Shown: positions 1 to 11,458 of the stretch, piece by piece
How positions within the stretch are numbered: the first letter of the stretch is position 1
Layout: each line of letters starts with the position of its first letter
NCBI GenBank assembly: GCA_963666315.2
Contig: CAXXHG010000007.1
Location: 32,001 to 96,000, forward strand
From: Candidatus Binatia bacterium
Lineage (GTDB): Bacteria; Desulfobacterota; Binatia; Bin18
Reading direction: 5' to 3'
Length of the DNA stretch: 64,000 nt
The notes under the pieces: generated by a model
What the model saw: the letters and a program-made list of their open reading frames with translations, nothing else
What the model was told of the DNA's origin: nothing
Databases searched by the model: none
Program-made: the position numbers and the translations under genes

Positions 1-971
1 GCCAGCCGATGCGGGGCACCGTGCGCGGCTTGGAGGACGGTGCAGGCGGTGTCTAGGTCCAGACCAGTCTCTACTGCTGCAGCAATCGTGGCAAGCGCGG
101 CCAGAACGAAATGACTACCGATGAGTCTCAGCTGTACAGGTCGAGGCTGACCACAAGTACAGAGTTGGAAACTCGTCCCTTGCCGTGTAACCTGAATATT
201 TGACGCCCGGAAATGATTGTTCGCGTTTTCACCAAAGGTAACGATCCGACTGTGGGTTCGGCGGCGGACGGCTGTCAGCAAGGCCGGATCGTCTCCATTG
301 ACTATGGCAATCCCAACTGCCGGGAGTGCGGCGATCAATTCGGTTTCTGCCGCCAAAACACCGTCGAGATCTTTCAGTGTCTCCGTATGCTCTTCTGCAA
401 TAGTGGTAATGACGCCGATATGCGGCTGGGCAAAGCGACACAGGGTGGCGAGTTCCCCGGGTCTACTCGTTCCCATCTCCAAGATCAGGAAAACATCTTC
501 CGGGCTGGCACGCAGGACGGTGAGCGGCAGTCCGATATGATTATTCAGATTGCCCTGGGTGGCCAAGGTTGGGCGCTGGTCGGTGAAGACCTGCGCCATG
601 AACTCTTTGGTGGTTGTTTTGCCGTTGCTACCGGCAATGCCGATCACTGTGGCTGGCAGCTGTTGGCGGTACCAAGTCGCCAAGTCTTGGAGCGCAGTCA
701 GGGGATCGTCGACGCTAATACCGACTGCCCCGTTGGGCGGCGCGATGCGCAAGTTCTTTGAAAACAAGAATCCCGCCGCACCGTGCTCAATGGCGGCTGA
801 GATATGGGCATGTCCGTTGGTTCGTACGCCTGGAAGTGGGACGAACAGCGTATGTGGAGTGACCTGCCGAGAATCAATACAGACGGAGGTAAAGACCGTA
901 TCCGGGCGACCCCACGTCAGGGTGCCCTTGGTTGCGGTGCAGATGTCCTGCGCACTTAGTTGAACTCCCAC
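1..971 (-). CDS. murF: UDP-N-acetylmuramoyl-tripeptide--D-Ala-D-Ala ligase (3' end runs off the window)
   Basis: Not in the ORF track; manual minus-strand translation from GTG at 971 gives IDSRQV, LFVPLPG, GIAGSNGKTTTKE, GNLNNHIGLPLT, ILEMGTSRPGE (Mur ligase motifs). Confidence 0.9.
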   Translation of the reverse strand, partial: MGVQLSAQDICTATKGTLTWGRPDTVFTSVCIDSRQVTPHTLFVPLPGVRTNGHAHISAAIEHGAAGFLFSKNLRIAPPNGAVGISVDDPLTALQDLATWYRQQLPATVIGIAGSNGKTTTKEFMAQVFTDQRPTLATQGNLNNHIGLPLTVLRASPEDVFLILEMGTSRPGELATLCRFAQPHIGVITTIAEEHTETLKDLDGVLAAETELIAALPAVGIAIVNGDDPALLTAVRRRTHSRIVTFGENANNHFRASNIQVTRQGTSFQLCTCGQPRPVQLRLIGSHFVLAALATIAAAVETGLDLDTACTVLQAAHGAPHRL

Positions 972-1061
972 GGTCCCAACTCTATCGAGGCTCTAGGCTG
1001 GTCGCAAGCGCTCACGCTACGCTCCATTGCTCCGCCCCGCGCTGCGTGTCACCATAACAAT

Positions 1062-2444
1062 GTGACCCAGAAAGAGCGACACGCCAGGACGATTATTCAG
1101 ACTTTGCGTCAACGTGGCTACACCGCGTATTTGGCTGGTGGCTGTGTGCGTGATCGGCTGCTCGGGATAGAGGCCCGGGATTTTGATGTTGCGACCAATG
1201 CCCGCAGCATGGATGTCCAAGCCCTCTTTCCTCATACCATTCCAATCGGAATCCAGTTTGGTGTCGTCGTTGTCTTGCTTGACGGCATTCCATACGAGGT
1301 GGCGACGTTTCGGGCCGATGGGACGTATCATGATGGTCGTCATCCGGTTGCCGTCCGCTTTAGTGACGCACGTGAAGATGCTCTGCGGCGTGATTTTACT
1401 ATTAATGGCATGTTCCTTGATCCTCTAACGGACGAGATCATTGACTATGTTGGCGGGCAGCAGGATCTCAAAAATCGAACGATCCGTGCTATTGGTGACC
1501 CTACGGCGCGGTTTCGGGAAGATCGCTTACGCATGATCCGCGCTGTACGCTTTGCTGCTCGGCTTGATTTTCAGATCGCTCCGGAGACTTTCTCCGCAAT
1601 TCAGCATTTCGCTCCGTCTATCTGCGATATTGCCTGGGAGCGCATTGGGGATGAGGTTGTCAAAATTCTTACTGAAGGCGGGGCTCGTCGGGCCTTTGGA
1701 CTGCTTGCCGAATCTGGATTGTTACAGATTATCTTGCCTGAGATTGCGGCTATGCGGGGAGTGCAGCAATCGCCCGATTTTCACCCTGAAGGTGATGTGT
1801 TCGTGCATACCTTGTTGCTCCTCAGTCAGTTGGACGAACATGATCCGCCCAGTGAGACATTAGCTCTCGGGGCATTACTCCATGATGTGGCAAAGCCACT
1901 GAGTCAGGGCCGTAAGGGAGAACGCATTACGTTTTACGGCCATTGTGAGCGAGGCGCTGATATGGCGGTCGAGATCTGCCAACGTTTGAAACGCTCTCGT
2001 GCAACCTGGGAGCGTGTGGCTTTTTTGGTGAAAAACCATTTGCGCCTCCTGGATGCGCCCCGTATGCGCACGGCTACGCTCAAACGCTTTCTACGACTTG
2101 ATGGAATTGAAGAACTCTTGGCGTTAGCCCGACTAGACGCATTGGCTTCAAACGGCGATCTGAGTCCGTATGAGTTCTGCCGGAAAAAACTCAAAGAGCT
2201 GGGGCCGGAGGGGATAGCTCCAGCCTGCCTACTGAGCGGACGAGATCTCATCCAACTTGGTTTTCAACCCAGCCCGCAGTTTACCGTCATCCTTGACGCC
2301 GTTGAAGAGGCACAGCTTGAGGGGCAGGTCCGAACGTATGAAGACGCCGTCTCCTGGGTCGGACAGCATTGGCAGCCAGAAACGCAGGACGCGGTCGAGA
2401 CTAAGGCGTACCTGCCGAGAGCGAGGAATCGGTCGGATGGGTAG
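1062..2444 (+). CDS. cca: CCA tRNA nucleotidyltransferase with HD domain
   Basis: GGCVRDRLLG, DFDVAT, RRDFTING, EDRLRMIRAVRF, HPEGDVFVHT, LLHDVAK; lacks the GRRF poly(A) polymerase signature; start moved to GTG 1062. Confidence 0.85.
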   Translation: MTQKERHARTIIQTLRQRGYTAYLAGGCVRDRLLGIEARDFDVATNARSMDVQALFPHTIPIGIQFGVVVVLLDGIPYEVATFRADGTYHDGRHPVAVRFSDAREDALRRDFTINGMFLDPLTDEIIDYVGGQQDLKNRTIRAIGDPTARFREDRLRMIRAVRFAARLDFQIAPETFSAIQHFAPSICDIAWERIGDEVVKILTEGGARRAFGLLAESGLLQIILPEIAAMRGVQQSPDFHPEGDVFVHTLLLLSQLDEHDPPSETLALGALLHDVAKPLSQGRKGERITFYGHCERGADMAVEICQRLKRSRATWERVAFLVKNHLRLLDAPRMRTATLKRFLRLDGIEELLALARLDALASNGDLSPYEFCRKKLKELGPEGIAPACLLSGRDLIQLGFQPSPQFTVILDAVEEAQLEGQVRTYEDAVSWVGQHWQPETQDAVETKAYLPRARNRSDG

Positions 2445-4002
2445 GCTGACGTGGATTGGCCATATGGGCTTGATGAGGCATAGGCGTTGGGGACGTGAGG
2501 GGCAGCGTGACACGTACGGTTGTGCCGTGGTCGAGTCGGCTTTCGATCTGCAGCGAACCGCCATGCGCGAGGACGATGTGCTTCACAATAGCCAAGCCCA
2601 GCCCTGTTCCCCCCAGTTCGCGAGAACGGGCTTTATCCACCCGGTAAAAGCGCTGCGTTAGGCGTGGAATGTCCGTCTCTGGAATCCCGCAGCCCGTGTC
2701 TGAGACTGCGATTTCGAGCCAGCCTGGCTGTGCGGTCGTCTCAGTACTGGCCTGGCCCGTAGAGCTGGATGTTTCTCCCAATTCTCTTAATTCGTTCCGT
2801 CCATCCTGTCCGTCCTGTCCCGCGTGTTGAGGCAGGACCTGAACGGACACTGTCACCTGCCCCTGAGCGGGCGTATATTTGACCGCGTTATCAATAAGAT
2901 TAATCAGCACTTGGTGGAGGCGATCACGATCGCCGTTCATCATTGGTAGAGAAGGCGGGAGATGCCGGGAGAGTCTGACTGTCCCCCGCTGGGCTTTCTC
3001 CCGCACAACGTCAAAGGCTGCATCGACCAGTTCGGAGAGATATAACTCCTCGCGTTGCAGTTCCGTCCGCCCCAGTTCCAAGTTGGACAAGGTGAGCAAG
3101 TCGTCAATGAGGCGACTCAGGCGTTCAGAGTGACGGTCAATAATCGTCAAAAACCGTGTCGAATGTTCAGGATCCTTGGCCGCGCCGTTTAAGAGAGTTT
3201 CTGCATAGCCTTTGATCGCCGTCAGCGGTGTACGGAGTTCATGTGAGACATTGGCCACAAAGTCTGCCCGAATGGATTCGAGCTGTTTCATTGGCGTAAG
3301 GTCATGACAGTCCAACACGTAGCCACTGGCTGGGGCGCCCCGTGTTCCGCTTTGCGACAGGCGCATAACGCTGACGGCAAGCTGGCGCGTTTCTTTCCCT
3401 TCAATCTCAATTTCTTGGGTTATAGCCTCGGCTGAGGTCGGTGATTCAGCACCAAGCCCTTGCTCAGATAACAACTGGTGTAGGACGGGATGGCGAGAAA
3501 ACTCGTGAAACGGTCTGCCCAGCCAATCTTTAGCCGGGTCGAGACCAAACAGGTGTAAGGCTGCAGGATTACAGCGTACGATATTCCCGTCCAGATCGAT
3601 CACGACAATGCCCTCGGTCATGCTCTGTAAGATGGCTTCGAGTTCTTTGTTTTCGTCCTGGAGCTGTTGGAGCTGCTGGGCTCGAAAAGCGACAAATCGG
3701 TGCAGATAGTGCTCCACCGTTCCCAGCTCGTCGTCTTTTCTGACCGGGAGGGTGGGGAGGGTATCTCGGTCCGGGGCAGTAGCCAGAAAGGCGCCGAGTT
3801 CTTGCAAGCGACGTTGGAGTCGAGCATTCTGGCGGAGCGCACTGCCGATAGCGGCAATGCCACACCCAAGAGCGATAAACCAGACCCAGACGGGACGCGC
3901 GGAGGCGGGGAAGAGAAAGAAGAGCTGGAGGCTCAGCAGCGCCAGGATGGCAAGGCCGACTGGAAAGAGTATGGAAAAAGCGATGCTGCTCTTCGCGTGC
4001 AT
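2401..4002 (-). CDS. phoR: Phosphate regulon sensor histidine kinase
   Basis: Two TM segments, PAS region, DFVANVSHELRTPLT H-box, NLIDNAVKY, RFYRVDKARSRELGGTGLGLAIVKH; next to phoB/phoU/pst. Confidence 0.93.
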   Translation of the reverse strand: MHAKSSIAFSILFPVGLAILALLSLQLFFLFPASARPVWVWFIALGCGIAAIGSALRQNARLQRRLQELGAFLATAPDRDTLPTLPVRKDDELGTVEHYLHRFVAFRAQQLQQLQDENKELEAILQSMTEGIVVIDLDGNIVRCNPAALHLFGLDPAKDWLGRPFHEFSRHPVLHQLLSEQGLGAESPTSAEAITQEIEIEGKETRQLAVSVMRLSQSGTRGAPASGYVLDCHDLTPMKQLESIRADFVANVSHELRTPLTAIKGYAETLLNGAAKDPEHSTRFLTIIDRHSERLSRLIDDLLTLSNLELGRTELQREELYLSELVDAAFDVVREKAQRGTVRLSRHLPPSLPMMNGDRDRLHQVLINLIDNAVKYTPAQGQVTVSVQVLPQHAGQDGQDGRNELRELGETSSSTGQASTETTAQPGWLEIAVSDTGCGIPETDIPRLTQRFYRVDKARSRELGGTGLGLAIVKHIVLAHGGSLQIESRLDHGTTVRVTLPLTSPTPMPHQAHMANPRQPTHPTDSSLSAGTP

Positions 4003-4008
4003 GCGATA

Positions 4009-4764
4009 CTACTCTTCGAGTGCGTCGGGGTTGAATTTATAGCCTACACCCCGGACAGTGAGGAGCAGGGTCGGGTTCGCGTCGTCTTGCTCAATACGCT
4101 GGCGCAAACGGCGAATATGGACGTCAACAGTACGGGGCTCAACGTAGACATTATGCCCCCACACCAGATCGAGGATTTGCGTCCGGCTAAAGACGCGGTT
4201 CGGGGACTGGACAAAAAATTTGAGCAGCTCAAACTCGCGCAGACCAAGCGCAGTGGGTTTCCCGTCAAGGACTACTTCATAGGTGTCGTAATCAATCCGC
4301 AGCCGACCCCGCCCATACATGTGATGCGGCCGGTCCAAGGGTGGTCCAGCGGTGCGACGCAAGACGGCTTTCACCCGGGCCACCAGCTCGCGCGGGCTGA
4401 ACGGCTTGGTGACGTAATCGTCTGCGCCCATCTCGAGTCCTAACACTTTGTCGACCTCTGATGCGCGTGCGGTCAGGATCAGAATGGGCAGACTGCGAGT
4501 TTCGTCTCTAGCCCGTAGCAGCCGGCACACTTCAAGACCGGACAGGCCGGGCAACATGAGGTCAAGAATGACGAGGGCGGGCTGTTCTGCAGAAGCCAGC
4601 TTCAGGCTGACTTCACCATCATCTGCTTCGAGAACGATAAAGCCTTCGGTCTCCAGGTTGTAGCGCAGCAGGTCTCGAATATCTTTTTCATCTTCGACGA
4701 TCAGGATTTTGCGTTTGGGCTCCACCGCAACCGCAGGGGCATGTTGGGCATATTGGGCCGCCAT
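4009..4764 (-). CDS. phoB: Phosphate regulon response regulator (OmpR family)
   Basis: ILIVEDE, LDLMLPG, GADDYVTKPFSPREL, RTVDVHIRRLR; ATG 4764 chosen as start. Confidence 0.92.
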   Translation of the reverse strand: MAAQYAQHAPAVAVEPKRKILIVEDEKDIRDLLRYNLETEGFIVLEADDGEVSLKLASAEQPALVILDLMLPGLSGLEVCRLLRARDETRSLPILILTARASEVDKVLGLEMGADDYVTKPFSPRELVARVKAVLRRTAGPPLDRPHHMYGRGRLRIDYDTYEVVLDGKPTALGLREFELLKFFVQSPNRVFSRTQILDLVWGHNVYVEPRTVDVHIRRLRQRIEQDDANPTLLLTVRGVGYKFNPDALEE

Positions 4765-4777
4765 AACATCCTGGTCC

Positions 4778-5461
4778 TCAGACCGAAGTAGGCAGGGGCG
4801 ACATATGCCGGATGCTTTTCCCCTTCGCCATATAAATAACCATCTCAGCAATATTTGTGGCGTGGTCGGCGACCCGCTCAAGATATTTTGCAACAAACAG
4901 GGTACGGGTTGCGCGGCTGGCATACTCCGGTTCGTGTTGCATTCGAGACAGCAGGTCATCAAAGATTTTGGCGGTCAGGGCATCAATCCGGTCATCGCGC
5001 TGGCAGACACTCAGCGCGAGATCGGGATCCGCACGCACAAAGGCATCTAGGCTATCACGGACCATAGACCGTGCGCCCTCGGCCATTTCCGGTAGTTCAT
5101 GTTGCGATTTGAGCGGCGTTTCTTGGTTCAGTTCGATAGCACGCTCGCAGATGTTTTCAGCGATATCGCCCAGGCGCTCCAGGTCAGTCGAAATACGTAG
5201 ACTGGTAGTAATAAAACGGAGATCTTTTGCCGCTGGTTGGTGCAGGGCGAGTAGTCGAATGCACGCCTCATCAATCGTTACGTCGAGATAATTGACCATA
5301 TGGTCTTGTTTAATGACTTTTTGAGCCAGGGTTGAATTACGCTCAATGAGTGAGGCCACCGCATCCCCGATTTGTTTTTCGACAAGGCCGCCCATTTCCA
5401 ACACCTTGGCGCGCAGCTGTTGGAGTTCTTCCTCATATTGTCGATCAGTGTGTAGCGGCAT
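4778..5461 (-). CDS. phoU: Phosphate signalling protein PhoU
   Basis: HQPAAKDLR, DLERLGDIAENI, YLERVADHATNIAE repeats. Confidence 0.95.
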   Translation of the reverse strand: MPLHTDRQYEEELQQLRAKVLEMGGLVEKQIGDAVASLIERNSTLAQKVIKQDHMVNYLDVTIDEACIRLLALHQPAAKDLRFITTSLRISTDLERLGDIAENICERAIELNQETPLKSQHELPEMAEGARSMVRDSLDAFVRADPDLALSVCQRDDRIDALTAKIFDDLLSRMQHEPEYASRATRTLFVAKYLERVADHATNIAEMVIYMAKGKSIRHMSPLPTSV

Positions 5462-5493
5462 GGCGTCCCCCGTTTTCAGCCGATTCGGCCGAT

Positions 5494-6357
5494 TTAGCCG
5501 AATCGGCCCGTAATATAGTCCTCTGTACCTTGTTTGTCGGGTGCTGTGAACACTTTTTCGGTCCGCCCGAATTCTATCAACTCACCCAAATATAAAAAAG
5601 CCGTATAGTCTGATACACGTGCGGCTTGTTGCATATTGTGGGTCACGATGACAATGGTGTACTGCTCTTTGAGTTCATGAATGAGTTCTTCGATCTTTGC
5701 CGTCGCAATGGGGTCGAGGGCCGAGCACGGTTCGTCCATCAGCACAACTTCGGGTTCTACTGCAATGGTCCGCGCAATACAGACGCGCTGATGCTGCCCA
5801 CCGGACAGCGCGAGGGCACTGTCGTGCAGGCGGTCTTTGACCTCATCCCACAAGGCTGCCGCCCTCAGGCTGCTCTCGACAAGTTCATCCAAGCGAACCC
5901 GGTTCTTAATGCCGAGTACGCGCGGGCCGTAGGCAACATTCTCATAGATTGATTTGGGAAACGGATTGGGTTTTTGAAACACCATGCCGACCCGTTTGCG
6001 CAGGGCCGTGACATCAAGGGTGGGATCGAGAATTTCTACACCGCCCATGGTGATACTGCCACTTGTAGTGCAGTTATCGATCAAATCATTGAGCCGATTT
6101 AAACAGCGCAACAAGGTCGATTTACCGCAGCCTGATGGACCAATAAAGGCGGTCGCCTGGCTGCGAGGAATGTCCATAGTGATGTGCTTGAGCGCAGGGG
6201 CGTTGCCATAGCTGAGGCACAAATCTGTAATTCTGACCTCCGGCGTCTGGTTTGATGCCGATACAGGCGAGACGCGGCTGTTGCCGGTCTCCGGACGGCG
6301 GGGGAACGTCACGGCATGGCCGGATGAAGCAGCGGTCGATTTTTCTCGATCTTCCAT
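5494..6357 (-). CDS. pstB: Phosphate ABC transporter ATPase
   Basis: [50 protein letters not shown]-terminus. Confidence 0.96.
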   Translation of the reverse strand: MEDREKSTAASSGHAVTFPRRPETGNSRVSPVSASNQTPEVRITDLCLSYGNAPALKHITMDIPRSQATAFIGPSGCGKSTLLRCLNRLNDLIDNCTTSGSITMGGVEILDPTLDVTALRKRVGMVFQKPNPFPKSIYENVAYGPRVLGIKNRVRLDELVESSLRAAALWDEVKDRLHDSALALSGGQHQRVCIARTIAVEPEVVLMDEPCSALDPIATAKIEELIHELKEQYTIVIVTHNMQQAARVSDYTAFLYLGELIEFGRTEKVFTAPDKQGTEDYITGRFG

Positions 6358-6367
6358 ACCAGGCTCT

Positions 6368-7999
6368 CTAAAACACACCAAAGCGCAACCGGCTGCGTAG
6401 CCGGTTGCGTATGGCAATGGCCACAAGATTCAATGCTATCACTATCACAATTAACAACAAAGCGGTCATAAATACCATGGGTTTTGCCGCTTCAACGTTG
6501 GGCGACTGAAAACCGACATCGTAAATATGAAACCCGAGATGCATGAATTTACGCTCCAAATGGAAAAACGGCCAGTGACCGTCGATGGGCAGCGTTGGAG
6601 CAAGTTTTACGACTCCGGTGATCATAAGCGGGGCCACTTCTCCGGCTCCGCGCGCCATAGCTAGAATAGTACCGGTGAGAATGCCTGGCAATGCGCCCGG
6701 AATAACAATTTTCCGCAGGGTCTCCCATTTGGTCGCCCCGAGTGCTAACGACCCCTCGCGCCACTCTCTGGGAATGGAGGAGAGTGCTTCTTCGGTTGCC
6801 ACAATGACAACCGGTACAGTCAGGAGAGCAAGGGTGAGCGAGGCCCACAGGATCCCGCCGGTGCCATAGGTCGGCGTTGGCAATACATCTTGATAGAAAA
6901 GCTGATCAAGCGTCCCGCCCACACCATAGACAAAAAATCCTAAGCCAAAGATGCCGAAGACGATAGCAGGTACCCCAGCCAAATTGTTCACCGCAATCCG
7001 TACCGCTCGGACGAGTGGCCCTTGCTTGGCATAGTCGCCCAGATATAGGGCCGCGACCACGCCGAAGGGTACGACCACAATACTCATGATGATCACCATC
7101 AAGACCGTCCCGAAAATGGCAGGAAAAACCCCGCCCTCGGTATTCGCCTCACGCGGATCTTCCCAGAAAAATTCCCAGAATCGAGTAATATACAAAGCAA
7201 AGCGCTCAAGTCGGCTCATAGTATTAGGCAAGTAGGCACGCACAACGCCGGCGATAGCAAGCTCTTTTTGCTTGCCGTTGATATCCTGCACGACGATGTG
7301 ATAGCGCGCGTTTTCTTTGTATAAAGCGGCCAGCTCTTGGGCTTTTGTCTCATAGGTTTGTTGCCAAGAGGCTATTTTTTTCTCTAATGCAGTAATTTCT
7401 TCAGCTGCCCGGATTGGATCGGTCTCTTTGCGTTGGGTACTCTTTACTGCGATGCGGAGCTGCTCGAGTTCATAGTTGATACTGCCGATATCCTTCTTTT
7501 CGATGGCGTGAATTTTGTCCAGGGTTGCCTGGGTACGGGTGTGGAGCTCCTGAAATTTCGGCCAGGCCTGCACAAATCCCTGGGCGACGCTTTGGCCATC
7601 TTGCCGAACTGTGGTGAGGAAACCAAAGAACGGTCCCCACTCCAAACGCTCAAAGTAGACGACATCTTCTGGAAAGACATGAGCTGTCATGCGGCGGTCA
7701 TCTACCCAGCGAAAATCCGAGCCATACAAATCGCGGTTCGCAACCTGGAACTGGGTCCGGTACTGCGCAGGCGCGTCCGATCCGTCTTGCTGAGGGATTG
7801 CTTCTGTCGCGCGGACTATACCCAGGAGCTTTTGCCCATCCTGTAAATCAACGGCTCTGAGTTGATCAGGCCAGAAGAAGCCAAGCGCGTTTGCCGCAAC
7901 GATCCAGATAAGAGCCGCGATCATAAGCAGGCTAAAGGCCAGCGCCCCGCCGGTTAGCCAGATGAATGGATCGCCACTGTGCAAAAGCCTTTTGAGCAT
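6368..7999 (-). CDS. pstA: Phosphate ABC transporter permease PstA (long form with large periplasmic domain)
   Basis: [42 protein letters not shown]. Confidence 0.95.
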   Translation of the reverse strand: MLKRLLHSGDPFIWLTGGALAFSLLMIAALIWIVAANALGFFWPDQLRAVDLQDGQKLLGIVRATEAIPQQDGSDAPAQYRTQFQVANRDLYGSDFRWVDDRRMTAHVFPEDVVYFERLEWGPFFGFLTTVRQDGQSVAQGFVQAWPKFQELHTRTQATLDKIHAIEKKDIGSINYELEQLRIAVKSTQRKETDPIRAAEEITALEKKIASWQQTYETKAQELAALYKENARYHIVVQDINGKQKELAIAGVVRAYLPNTMSRLERFALYITRFWEFFWEDPREANTEGGVFPAIFGTVLMVIIMSIVVVPFGVVAALYLGDYAKQGPLVRAVRIAVNNLAGVPAIVFGIFGLGFFVYGVGGTLDQLFYQDVLPTPTYGTGGILWASLTLALLTVPVVIVATEEALSSIPREWREGSLALGATKWETLRKIVIPGALPGILTGTILAMARGAGEVAPLMITGVVKLAPTLPIDGHWPFFHLERKFMHLGFHIYDVGFQSPNVEAAKPMVFMTALLLIVIVIALNLVAIAIRNRLRSRLRFGVF

Positions 8000-8039
8000 G
8001 CTGCCTCCCGATTGGCACGGTGTTGAAAGTTGTGACGAT

Positions 8040-10340
8040 CTAGATGCAGCCATAGCGTTTACTCAGGCGTTGGCGCACAACCTCAGCGGCCGTATTGACT
8101 AGGAAGGTCAAAACAAAAAGCAGAAGTGCAGCCAAGAACAGGATCCGGTAGAGTGTTCCGCCGTGAGGAGCCTCAGGGATTTCCACGGCAATATTGGCTG
8201 AGAGCGCGCGAAAGCCTGTAAATGGATCAAAGTCCATGATTGGCGTGTTGCCGGTCGCCATCAGCACGATCATGGTCTCACCCACCGCCCGCCCGAACCC
8301 AATCATAATCGCAGAAAAAACACCTGGACTTGCGGTTGGTATCACCACCCGTAGAGCGGTTTGCCAGCGTGTCGCACCCAGGGCTAAGGAACCAGAGATG
8401 AGATGTTGTGGTACGTTGGAGAAGGCATCTTCACATATGGTATAGATAATGGGGATAACGGCAAACCCCATAGCAAAACCCACAATAAGGGAGTTGCGTG
8501 GGTCATAGCGTACGCGGGTTGTGTCAAACAACCATTGCGGAAAATCGCCGCCAAAAAAAGCGGCTTCGATTGGGCCGTTCAGGACAATACAACCGTAGAC
8601 GGTAAACATGATGACCGGCGTCAAAAACAGTAGCTCTACGCCCGGTTTGAGATGGCTGCGGACTGCAACAGGAATCCCCTGCCAAGCCACGGATGCAATC
8701 AGAGTCACAAGCGGTAGGGCGATACACATCAGGACCAGAGCCGGGACCATGTCGGCCACGAGTGGGGCGAGCCACAGAGCAGCAAAAAACCCCAACACCA
8801 CGCTCGGCAGTGCTGCCATCACCTCGACCGACGGCTTGACGATATTGCGCAAGCGTGGATGCATGAATTGCGAAGTATATAGTGCAGCGCATAGACTCAG
8901 CGGGATGGCGAACAGCAGGGCGTAAAATGTGCCCTTCAAGGTGCCGTAGGCAAGCGGCATGAGACTGAATTTCGGCTCGAAATCGTCGGTTCCACTACTG
9001 GACTGCCAGGTGTAATCTGGCGCGCTATAACCTTCGTACCAGATCTTTCCGAACAGGGCTGAGAAGGTGATTTCGGGGTGCGGGTTTTCGACTGCCCAGT
9101 TATACATCCGACCGTGTTGGTTAAGGGCAAGAATGCCGTTTGCGCGCGGCGCATAGGTGATGAATGTAATCGGGCTCTGAGCGCTATCGAGCGTGAGCAG
9201 GGTTGTCTCGGTCGTGGCATACTGCAGGCGAACAGCACCCGTGGCATCCGCGCTGACAAAACCTTTATTTCGAGGCGAGGCAGAAATAGCTGTCACCGCT
9301 GCTTGGTGCGATTGCAGGACGTGGATTTTGCGAAAAGGTAACTCAGCTGGATTGTCTTGGTCTCGCACTTGGAACCAGACACTCACGCCGCCCGCGTCGT
9401 CACCCATAACCAAAGAGCGGTCGCCAATCAGCCAGGCCATTACGCGAATGGGCGTGTTCTCTTGACTACTGCCGAGAAAACGACGTGCGACCTGAGGCTC
9501 CTCCCCGTCACTAATGTCCCAATGGATGACTTCGCCCGTTTCGAGTGCGGCAAATAAATTTCTTTGTTCAGCGTCCAGTGCAAGCGCTGTTACCTCGGCG
9601 GTGAGAGCCGTAGAGAGATCAATCGTATATTCTTCGACTTCCGCCTCACCCAGAAAAGATTCTCGTGCGCGTTGGGTCAGAAAGATAAGCGTGCGAGGGC
9701 CGACGAGAGCAGCCAGCGACATTATTTCTTCCTCTTCGTCCGTATACTGATACACGAGTGCGCTAATCGCCCGGCCTTCCCGGTCGAGGGAAATGGGCTC
9801 TCCTTCGGTAACTCGTGGCGTAGTAATACGCTGCTTGCCTTCAAATGAAATAGGGAAAGAGATGACGAGCGGAATAACAACACCGTCGGCCGTCCCTATT
9901 GCAGCCGTGTGGGTGAGGTTGTGAAAATACACCGCAGTTGGCCGGCGTCCCTGAAGAGCCTGGATCTCGTGGCGCTGCAGCAGCTGATTATTTGTTAAGG
10001 AAATAAAGTCTACTGTTCCCGCCTGTGTAATCGTGTATGCAATCTCCCGATACTCATCGATGCCAAGAGCCAAGGGTGAGGGCGAGCCTTCAATCGAAAC
10101 AAGATCGGTGAGCGGAGTCACAGGAGTCTCAAGTTCCGCACTCGGTGCGCTCCAGAGAGGGAGGGTCTCCGCCACGATAACAAAGAGCAGGGCTGTAATG
10201 CTGAGAATAACTGCAAAGCCACCAAAAGTGATGATTATCGTCGCAGCCTTGTCGGCCAACTTCTTGCGCTTAGCGCGGCGTTTGTCTTCAAGTGTAGAGA
10301 GGCGGCCGTTAACGGGCTGTGAGGCCGGGGGTTGGGTCAT
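8040..10340 (-). CDS. pstC: Phosphate ABC transporter permease PstC (long form with beta-propeller-like periplasmic domain)
   Basis: WQSSSGTDDFEPKFSL, SLALGATRWQT, GRAVGETMIVLMATGN. Confidence 0.95.
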   Translation of the reverse strand: MTQPPASQPVNGRLSTLEDKRRAKRKKLADKAATIIITFGGFAVILSITALLFVIVAETLPLWSAPSAELETPVTPLTDLVSIEGSPSPLALGIDEYREIAYTITQAGTVDFISLTNNQLLQRHEIQALQGRRPTAVYFHNLTHTAAIGTADGVVIPLVISFPISFEGKQRITTPRVTEGEPISLDREGRAISALVYQYTDEEEEIMSLAALVGPRTLIFLTQRARESFLGEAEVEEYTIDLSTALTAEVTALALDAEQRNLFAALETGEVIHWDISDGEEPQVARRFLGSSQENTPIRVMAWLIGDRSLVMGDDAGGVSVWFQVRDQDNPAELPFRKIHVLQSHQAAVTAISASPRNKGFVSADATGAVRLQYATTETTLLTLDSAQSPITFITYAPRANGILALNQHGRMYNWAVENPHPEITFSALFGKIWYEGYSAPDYTWQSSSGTDDFEPKFSLMPLAYGTLKGTFYALLFAIPLSLCAALYTSQFMHPRLRNIVKPSVEVMAALPSVVLGFFAALWLAPLVADMVPALVLMCIALPLVTLIASVAWQGIPVAVRSHLKPGVELLFLTPVIMFTVYGCIVLNGPIEAAFFGGDFPQWLFDTTRVRYDPRNSLIVGFAMGFAVIPIIYTICEDAFSNVPQHLISGSLALGATRWQTALRVVIPTASPGVFSAIMIGFGRAVGETMIVLMATGNTPIMDFDPFTGFRALSANIAVEIPEAPHGGTLYRILFLAALLLFVLTFLVNTAAEVVRQRLSKRYGCI

Positions 10341-10374
10341 TATTTGTGGTGTCTCTCGTCTTTCCGAATAGGTC

Positions 10375-11343
10375 CTATTCTAATTGAGTTCGATCAGCTG
10401 CGACCAGCGTGGCCGACATTGGATAGTAGCCGTCTTTGACCACAATCTCTTGGCCTTCTTTACTCAAGACAAACTTGAGGAATTCCCGGACCAATGGATC
10501 AAGGGGCTTATTGGGTTCCTTATTGACGTAGACGTACAGGAAACGGGCGAGAGGATATTTGCCGCCCAGTACGTTTTCGTAGGTTGGCTCAACATAGCGC
10601 ATGCCTCTTTTAGCTAAGGGAACCGTCCGAACGCCAGAAGTTGTGTAGCCGATACCACTATAGCCAACGCCATTCTTGTCTTCGCTAATGCCCTGTACGA
10701 CCGAAGCTGATCCAGGTTGCTCCTTGACGGTGTCTTTGTAGTCGCCTCTGCACAGCGCCTTCTTCTTAAAGAAACCATACGTGCCCGAGGCCGAGTTGCG
10801 ACCATACAGACTGATAGGCGAAGAAGCCCAGGCTCCATCTAGGCCTAGGTCGCCCCACGTAGCTGCGTCAGCTATCGCACCACAGCTGCGGTTCTTTGAG
10901 AAAAGGGCATCCACTTGCTGGACGTTCAGGCCCTGAATCGGATTATCTTTGTCGACAAAGACCGCCAAGGCATCGAGTGCAGTAGGGATCGGCGTGGACT
11001 TGTAGCCGAACTTGCTCTCAAAGGCATCTTGTTCTTTATTCTTCATTTTGCGCGACATGGGGCCGAGCTGGGCAGTCGCTTCGATCAACGCGGGTGGGGC
11101 CGTGCTCGAGCCTTTGCCTTCAATCTGAATATTCACGTTTGGATATATTTTCTTAAATCCCTCCGCCCACAGGGTCATCAGGTTGTTCAAGGTGTCAGAG
11201 CCAATACTATTGAGATTACCGGAGATGCCGCTGACCTTTTCGTACGCGGGGAGATTGGCATCAACTGGGATGGTTTGGGCGGTAGCCAGAGAAGCACTCA
11301 GCACTACTGCCCCGCATGTTGCCAAATTTTTTTTTATTTGCAT
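10375..11343 (-). CDS. pstS: Phosphate-binding protein
   Basis: Signal peptide, [43 protein letters not shown]. Confidence 0.96.
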   Translation of the reverse strand: MQIKKNLATCGAVVLSASLATAQTIPVDANLPAYEKVSGISGNLNSIGSDTLNNLMTLWAEGFKKIYPNVNIQIEGKGSSTAPPALIEATAQLGPMSRKMKNKEQDAFESKFGYKSTPIPTALDALAVFVDKDNPIQGLNVQQVDALFSKNRSCGAIADAATWGDLGLDGAWASSPISLYGRNSASGTYGFFKKKALCRGDYKDTVKEQPGSASVVQGISEDKNGVGYSGIGYTTSGVRTVPLAKRGMRYVEPTYENVLGGKYPLARFLYVYVNKEPNKPLDPLVREFLKFVLSKEGQEIVVKDGYYPMSATLVAADRTQLE

Positions 11344-11458
11344 AGTGTTTCCTTTGGGCCGCATTGTAGACGCTGCGAGCGCTTTTTGTGCCAAAAACTG
11401 CTCTGGATGTAATATTTTCCAAACTCCTGGTTCGATGGGCTCGGGATTGCACAGGCCG

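Noticed and set aside
213-963. Plus-strand ORFs 213-761 and 550-963
   Set aside because: Antisense shadows of murF
3667-4443. 258-aa plus-strand ORF
   Set aside because: Antisense to phoR/phoB with no recognisable motifs
6368-10340. Unusually long PstA and PstC as a novelty
   Set aside because: Long periplasmic-domain forms are already known, e.g. in Pseudomonas-type pst operons
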